From Eledone cirrhosa (taxonomy: Eukaryota): DNA of 64,000 bases. Every line of letters begins with the position of its first letter. Within the stretch, counting starts at the first letter, position 1. The notes under the pieces are model-generated. The model had not been told where the DNA came from and did no database searches. It saw only the letters and a program-made list of their open reading frames with translations. The stretch is taken from the NCBI GenBank assembly GCA_964016885.1, contig OZ024742.1, positions 199,206,001 to 199,270,000 on the forward strand. Direction: 5' to 3'. This document shows, piece after piece, positions 56,182 through 64,000 of the stretch. Made by a program: the position numbers and the translations under genes.

Positions 56182-56365
56182 ATTCGTCGCAGAAGACTAG
56201 CGAGGTTAGGTGGTAACACAGCTGGATCTAGCAGCAAGTCAACTGATAAAATCATTCCTCACGAAAAAGACAAAACTTCCAATGTTGGTGCTACGTTTTG
56301 CCAGTCTATGGAAGTGGAGCAACCTCAGGGAGCTGCAGCTCTCCCTAAAGAGACAACTGCAGCAG
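56182..56365 (+). CDS. UBE4B: Host coding exon, probable exon 2 of ubiquitin conjugation factor E4 B (UFD2 family)
   Basis: TTGTAG acceptor and CAG|GTATG donor. 184 nt open in phase 0->1, encoding IRRRRLARLGGNTAGSSSK...QSMEVE. IRRRRLARL matches the recalled N-terminal motif of animal UBE4B. Only this short motif supports the name. Confidence 0.75.
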
Positions 56366-56898
56366 GTATGCCTTCTACAATTATAATTATTTTCATTTTT
56401 GTATTCAATCCCTTTTGTGACTGTATTTCTTATGAAATACAGCCTTCTTCAATTAATTAACGAAGCATTTTGAGGGATTTAGTAAAATAATTATGATTGG
56501 GACCATTGGATTTGGTCTGGTAGGTAAAAATGCATTAACTCTTTTAATACTAAACCACTTGAAACTGCTCCTGGTTCTATGATACAAAACTATTTGTTTT
56601 AAAGTGTTTATATTTATCTAAAAACCTTCCACCATAATTCTATGTAAGACCCTTTGTGTTGCAAATGCCAACTTAATAATGTGAAAATTAGTTATATTAC
56701 TTAATCTCTACAAAATTCTTGATTATTTTCAAAATTATTTGAAAATCATGGGCACTGCCATTCATTAGAAATATGGTAATGAAAGAGTTAAAAAAAATGT
56801 CTTTTTTTTTCCTTTTTTGCTGAGCATATTCCCTACCACTGTTGCTGTATGTGAAATTGGTGAATTAGCAGAGTTGTCAAAACATTGGATATCTCATG

Positions 56899-57665
56899 GC
56901 AATGCCGCATGGAGAAATGCAATGCCGCATGGAGAAATGCAATGCTGCATGGAGAAATGCAATGCTGCATGGTAGTGAAACATTGGCAGTGAATATAGAG
57001 ACTGTGTGAACTGTACATGGAGCGTGGCTTAGTGGTTAGGGAGTTGGATTCGCAATTGTGAGGTTGCAAGTTCAATTCTCGGACCAGATGATGTGTTGTA
57101 TCCTTGAGCAAGATACTTTATTTCACTTGCTCCTTCTGCCAGGAGTTGCGACCGGTAGATAGTATCAGCAATGGCAAGACCAATGGAAACATTGTTTTCT
57201 TGGTCTGATTTGATGAGGTCCACCCCACTCGGTAAGCGAATGAGGTCTGGGATCTTGTTGATTGATCAGAGCGTACAAGAATGATTCAAGAATACTCCAA
57301 CGGATGTATAATGTTAGTGTGTCTGAAAGATAAAGCATGGAGGAGCTAAGGGAAGGAAGAAAAAAAAGGCATAAGAGGAATCAAATGTTGCGTGCAAGAG
57401 AGATAATTGTATGGTATTAACATGTGAAGTGTATGGATGATAATTGTGAGGTGAAGAAGTGCCAAGTGTTCTTGGTGGGAGGAAACTGTGGAAGAGATAG
57501 ATTGAGGAAAGCCTAGGCCAAAGTGGTGAGAGCTTGATCTCAAATTTCTGAACCTCACAGAGATGACGACAAAGGAGCACCATGAGTAGAGGGAAGCTGT
57601 ACTGGAGAAAACATGTCCAACCCATACAAGCATGGAAAAAGATGTAAAACAATTATGATGCTGAT
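56899..57665 (+). mobile_element. Decayed RTE 3' fragment with nested tRNA-SINE (~57018-57310)
   Basis: [10 protein letters not shown]...KLLGIRGIKCCVQER-like remnant and CCCATACAAGCATGGAAAA..TGATG end. SINE A/B boxes at 57025-57080. Confidence 0.7.
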
Positions 57666-57710
57666 GATTTATGAGTGTGTGGATCAAACAAGTTTTATTT
57701 TAAGAATGTA

Positions 57711-57877
57711 CCGGATTTCCCGGCACCAAAGATGCTTCGTCCTCAAGGACGCACCCTAATTTTGACAACCTAAAATTGGAAAAAATATAATAAACAACCC
57801 TCGGCCTCCAGGACACATGGTAGATTTTTGAGACTTATTTTAGGAAAAAGTAACGTCTTCGACGCCAGGAAATATGG
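57711..57877. mobile_element. Short decayed MITE (Tc1/pogo-type ends)
   Basis: TA-CCGGATTTCCCGGCACCAAAGATG ... CGTCTTCGACGCCAGGAAATATGG. Confidence 0.5.
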
Positions 57878-59534
57878 TTATTGTTTTAGAAAAATAGTAT
57901 TTTTAAAAATTTATCTACTGACTCTCTCTGCCCCCCCCCCCCCTCTTGTACACATTGTATTTTGTGTTGCTGCTTTACTCTAAGACCAGTTTTTTTTTAT
58001 GAGTGACTGTCCACTCAATCTCTTTGGCTTTCTTCCTGTCTTTCTCTCCCATTCTCTATCTTTCTGTCTGTCTTATCTCCCCTCTCTCGCTCTACCTGTC
58101 TTTATCCCTCTCTTGCACTCATTGTACTGTATCAGTGTGTTGTGTTACTAGTACTGTAAAACAATCAGCATTAGTAGTAGCAGACTTAATAGTAGTAGTA
58201 GTAGATTTTGTAGAAATATTAGCAAACTTAGAAATAGTAGAGTAGTCAGTCCATCAAATATGTGACACTTGTATACGCCAATGGTGTATACAAGTGAACA
58301 GTTGACCGCAGGACATTAGTTTTACTTGTTGGTTACAAATTAAACACACACACACACACACACACGTGTGTGTATGTGTTTATGAATCTGTGTGTGTTTA
58401 TACATGGAATAGAATGAACCTGTCGGTTTTGATGATGATTGTTCCAGTTATTCGATCAATGGAACAGCCTGTCCATGAAATTGTAAGTGGCTGAGGATTC
58501 TGCAGAAAAATGTACCATTAATGTAAGTCTGATGGAGGTTCTGTGTGACAAGGCAAAGGGAGCAATTGTCCCGAGCACCCTGCAGTTGTGGGCCCCATCA
58601 GCGACGGTTGTAGCAATTTATTTGTGCCCTCAGCTGGGCTTTTTAGTTTTAGGATGGTTAGATTTTTAGAATTTAATACCTGTATGTATAGCTTCTATAA
58701 ATTCTAATTACTTGCACCAAGCTAACTTTGATATGCAAAATTGGGGTGTTTGCTGTGTATTCTATTTTTTTTGTGTGTATGAGCCCCCCCCCCCCCCCCC
58801 CCCCCCCCACACACACACCCACACACACCTGAGGTGCCTCAGACCTCCCAATGTCTAAATCCGACCCTGGGTATGTGTTTGTGTGTATACAAACACAAAC
58901 GTCTAAATAGGTATATTTACATTTTACATGTGTTAACAAATTCTCACTACTGTTGCTGAACTGGATTATTATAATTTTAACAATGTATCATTGTAGATGA
59001 GTGTGTGGTGGCCTTAATCTTATTGTTACCAAATAATTTTGAAAATAATTAAAGAGTTAAACTGATGTTAAGAGAATAATTTAAAGGTTCTCACGTGAAA
59101 TTGTGATGGTGTTTAAAGACTTCATAATATACAGTTTTGTATTGTAGAACCAAGGGTAGTTTCAGGAAGTTTGGTATCCAAAGGCTTAGCATCTGGTTTT
59201 CATGCCAGCATAGGTTGTACAGGTCATCTGGACTAGGTCAATTTTAATTTGGAGTTAATGCAACACATGCACACTCATCATCATACACACACAAATGTAT
59301 ATTGGTTGAATGGTACTAGAGTTTTGCCAATGAATTTGTAGTTGGCTCAACAAAACTCAAGTATCTGCATCCAAACATGTAATAACCCTTTTGTTACCAT
59401 ATTTCTAATGAAACACTGATTTTTCAAACAATTTAAAAAGATTATCAAAAATTTGGAAGGATTTAGTAATATAACTAACCTCATTATTAAGCAGGCATTT
59501 AGAACATAACTTAAAGATTCTTATATAAAATTAG

Positions 59535-60006
59535 ATGAACCACCTCCTAGAGGTCACTATTCTTGGAGGCAATCATCAAGGAGAAAGTGCATTTATTCCC
59601 AGGATTCCTCTTATTCCCCCCCCCCCCCCCCCAACCGAGCTGCTGTTCAAATTCTCAAAGTGTCAGTTCCCAGTTAGAGGTATTTTTGCTATGACCAAAA
59701 ATAAAGCTCACGCTCAAAGTTGTAGAATTGAATCTGAGAGAATCGATTTTTACCCATGGACAGTTATATGTAGACTGTTCACGTATAGGAACACCTAGAA
59801 ATCTTCATATACTACACACAAACACTAAAACAAAGAATTTGGTGTATCTGGAAGATTTCTTTTTTTTTACTGTTTTGTCTTGTCACACACACCACAGTCT
59901 CATCTCGTACTGTAAACCAGATAAACATCCAATACAGTCATTTTTTTCTTCTACCTGTCTTCTCTTATCATCTGTTTCCCCGACCGAAGCTGGGTACATT
60001 AGCTAG
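59535..60006 (+). mobile_element. Helitron 3' fragment (Pif1 remnant + terminus)
   Basis: AFIPRIPLIP..FPVR..FAMT.NKA, FTHGQLYV.CSRIG, TKNLVY. GC-rich hairpin at 59978-59994, then CTAG^T. Confidence 0.78.
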
Positions 60007-60484
60007 TATTATATAGGAACAGACAGAGCTGTCTAGTTAAGGAGCTCAATTCACAATCACATGGTTCTGGGTTCAGTCCTGCATCTTGGGAAAGTGCTTT
60101 TAACTATAGCCTTGAATTGACCAATGCCTTGTGAGTGAAATTTTGAGGGTGGAAACTACAGAAACCTATTGTGTATATGTTTGATTATGTCCTTAAATCT
60201 AGCAGTTCAACCAAAATGATTGATACGTACCAGAAATGAAAAAATATATACAGCATGATGGTAGCCTAATGCCTGAAACCAGTAAAAGAATAAAAGAGCA
60301 TTATCTATTATAGATGGTGTAGATTATATATTATACTAGTAGACTTGTTATTTCAATAATGACAGCAATGATATTGAACATATTTTCTCTCATCTGTGTG
60401 TGTTTGTCTGGAACTAGCTCTTGAAAAGCGAGACTCAGCCATCGGGCCCTGGCTCTTTCTAATATTGTCACACTTTACTCTATC

Positions 60485-60530
<46 letters not shown>

Positions 60531-60533
<3 letters not shown>

Positions 60534-61832
60534 GGTGCGGACGATATTTGTTCGCAAGATTACTGTCTAGGAAAAAATAACACCGTAGTTTTATTTTTTA
60601 AGATATATTTATCAAACTTGCGGCAGTTTGTCTTCATGACTTGTTCTTTCGATCTCACTCGATAAACCCGCTATTGGCTTTGATGACGGTCTCAAGGCGG
60701 CCTTGGAACGGGCTACAGGCCTTCGTCACTGTCCCTCGATTTAGGCCCCTAAAGGCACTTGTGATCCTGGCCTTCAGATGGTCTTTCATATTGCAGCTAG
60801 ATCTGTTGGTGTCTCGTTCAACTGTATCCCCACACAAAGAAGTCGAGGGGGTTGCAGCCAGGTGAGCTGGGAGGCCAGATGTCAGGTGAAGTGTGGTTGA
60901 CGAAGTTCTCTGACAGCCAGGCTTGGGTCTTTCGGCTGGTATGGCAGGGTACTGAGTCTTGCTGCCACATGTACGGCCTACCTGCAGCTACCTGGTCGAT
61001 CCAGGGCTTTACTACCTCGCTCAGAACGCGAATGTAGACATCGGTGTTTAGCTTGAGGTCCTCAGGGAAGAAGTGAGGTGGCATGACGTCACCTTGACTG
61101 CTGACGACACTTAAGACCAATGTTGTCGCTGGAAACTTTGTCTGCATGACTCTGTGGGCACGTCTTTGGATGAGACAGCGAGCCACCTGTTGTTCTGGGA
61201 GTTGATCTTCTGGTCTGGGCAGAAGTTTTTCTCGTCGGAGAAAAACCACAGCATGTCTGGCTCCAGTGGGTGTTTCAACTTGTTGATCAGCTTCTTTGCA
61301 TGTTTCAGTCGCTTTTCTTGCATCGCCTTTGACAGTAATTGTCCTTTCCTCATCTTGTATGAAACGTAGCGAATGTCTTCATGTACCACCAGCCTAATGA
61401 GCTTTTCATCCACGCCTTTCTCCTTTGCAATGGCACACATCGACTTGCTAGGTTCATTGTCGGTGATATCCTGAACTTCAGCGACGAACTCGGGCATTCT
61501 GAAGGCGTCAGATCGTCGATCATGTGTTTTCCTCTCTGATGTTGCTTCGTAGTCGAATCCTGAATCTTACAATTCCTTTCTGACCTTTTCCACCTTTCTC
61601 CTGCTGACGCTGAGAAAGTCTGAAATTTCCTTGTTTGTCCTCCCGTCATGGATTCCAAGAAGAACTCCGTGTCTCTTCCACAAATTTGGAGGTTCAAAAT
61701 TATTCATAATCAATTATTCTGAAAATAAATAATAGTCACTGATTTTATGAAGACAACAGTGACAACGGAAGTAAAAAAAATTTGCATAAAGTTAGCAGTT
61801 GAAAATTGCGAACAAATATCGTCCACACCCTG
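60531..61832 (-). mobile_element. Tc1/mariner superfamily DD37D (maT-type) transposon, disrupted transposase
   Basis: 27-bp TIRs CAGGGTGCGGACGATATTTGTTCGCAA (1 mismatch) with TA flanks. FSDEKNF, WQQDS.PCH and WPPSSP.CNPLD, with 37 residues between the second and third D. Frameshifts and a stop. Confidence 0.93.
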
Positions 61833-62353
61833 TATAATCAGGATAGAACCAGTTTTAAACTAGTTAGACCATTATTCAACAGAGCACTCGATATTTGGAA
61901 TAGTAGTGTGACTATATTAGAAAGAATTGGGGCCCGATGGCTGAGCTCTTGCCATTTGAAGAGCTAGTTCCAGACACACACACACAGAGATTATATATAT
62001 ATATATGAGAGAGAGAGAGAGGGGTGAGATTGGAAATAGCACGGAAAATATATTTAAGGCTCTGCTTTTCTTTTTTTTTTCCTTTCTTTGATTTGTAAAA
62101 GTGATATTATGGGAAAAATGAGGGACAATTCTTTCAGAAAAGAGTTTCATAATGTTTATAAAGTATAACCGGTTTTGATGTATTAGTAAAATTCATCTTA
62201 TCAAATGGTGAGTTTTCAACAAGAATTAAAAACTAAAAATTAAAGATTTAAAATTAAGTGTTGAGGTAAGTTTTTTTTTCATCTTCCTTGTTGAGAAGGA
62301 CACTGGAAAATGAACTCTTGTGTATATAGAGAGAGGTGTAGTCATAAAAAAAA

Positions 62354-62400
<47 letters not shown>

Positions 62401-64000
62401 AGAGTTACCATATATATGAACAATCATACAAACTGGGAAATTTGTGTTTTGATAAATTAATGGTTTGCATAAGAGAAACCATATAGTTTATGTTGATTAC
62501 TAACATGTAGAAGTGATTAAAGATAAGAATATTTTTATGATTTATTTCTAGGATATAATTACATAAATGTTCAGCATATATGTATGCGACATACAGAATT
62601 AAATGTATGATTAACTTTTGAGAAATAACTATTTGCAGAGAATAATATAGTTAAAAACTAGGAAGTTAAAACTGGAAAGCTAACTTCTTATTGTAGCAAC
62701 ATGACTGAGATAGGAAATTCATTGTCTGTGTATGTATAAACTTAAAGAATTACAGATATATATAGTGTGTGTGTGCATATATCCATATATAAAAGGTCAA
62801 GGAAAACAATGCTCAATCTATTGCAAGAAAGCTTATTTAGCATAAAGTTTCATGCACTTAACATGTTTGTGCAGTCTTAGGTTTTTGGATCGAGTTATGG
62901 CCACCACTATATAGTGGAGGAGCTGATCAAAACTAGCCTCACATCAAGCACTCAGATGAGAGGCCAGTTTTGAAGCAGTTCCTCCACTATGTTAAGTGTA
63001 TAAAACTTTATTTATGCTCTCTCTCTCTATATATATATATATATTTATATCTGTACTATAACAAAGGGAGGAGTGCGGGACTGCATCAAGAATATATTTT
63101 TTTATCCTGTTTGTAAAATAAGCTGGATTACTTTGAATAAATAATTGTTTCTACTTTTGGCACAAGGCCAGCAATTACCCAGTGCATTACTGGTGCTTTA
63201 TTCTATTGACCCCGTAAGGATGACAGGCAAAGTTAACCTCGGCGGGATTTGTAACTATGCAGGAAAGCATGGCGCCCGACCCTCTACTGATACTGCCAAA
63301 TGAATGAATATTACATAATTTATGTACTAAATTTCTTAACTCTTGATTAAATATAAATAATTTTATTTCTTATTTAAAATTGACTTCTTTTAAAAGTTTC
63401 AAATTTCTACACTTCCGGTATATCGCTGCCACACAACCACTTCAACTACCATATATATATAGACAGAGCAAGAAAGGGTGTGTGTGTGTGAAGAAAGAGA
63501 TACAAATAGTGATTATGTGACAGATATATCTATCTATCTATCTAATATATATATTGAGAGAGAAAGAGAGATTAGGATTTTTTCAACACGCTGACACGTA
63601 TGTACACACATATAGATCTATATGTATATATGTGTACATACACGTCAGCATGTTGTATATAACTATAAGCGCGCAAACACAGACAAACTTACAAAAATAC
63701 ACGCTTATGGACATACATTCAGACACACATACTTTCACACAAACACTTACATACATTCACATATATACAGTTACACAAACACACACATACAGTCATGATA
63801 GCAGCGTTTGAGAGTAAAATGAAGTACTTTTTATTTATTTATTAACAGCACATTTAAACTTTTTTTTTTTTAAACTCATTTGTATAAAAATTTAATATAA
63901 TGGTTACAGAAGGAAAACTCAAACAAATATAATATATACAAAGGAAAGGAAAAAAAGAAAGAAAAAAAAAACACAAGCAAGTAATGCACACATCTAAGAC

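Overview
AT-rich, repeat-dense animal genomic DNA. The RTE/SINE repertoire resembles octopus (coleoid cephalopod) repeats, but that is recalled resemblance, not a database result. Left part (~2.96-37.7 kb): one strand-polarised composite satellite, (TA)n runs punctuated by a TCATGCA-type core, cut up by about 17 young retroelement insertions. These are RTE LINEs and their partner tRNA-SINE, several Penelope-like elements (PLEs) carrying hammerhead ribozymes, two direct-repeat elements and one intact two-ORF Tx1/L1 element. Right part (~38-64 kb): ordinary intronic/intergenic DNA with older RTE, SINE, Helitron, hAT-MITE and DD37D mariner copies, several hairpins and one host coding exon resembling UBE4B exon 2. 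Most notable: (i) RTE/SINE 3' ends land next to the satellite core; (ii) four PLE insertions share a head-to-head layout with one short end ~50 nt past the ribozyme cut site and one end 86-100 nt longer; (iii) a 3.35-kb palindromic PLE; (iv) an RTE apparently split at an inversion junction by 10 kb. The long Ile/Tyr ORFs are microsatellite artefacts. All alignments and folds were done by eye, so boundaries are approximate to a few nt.
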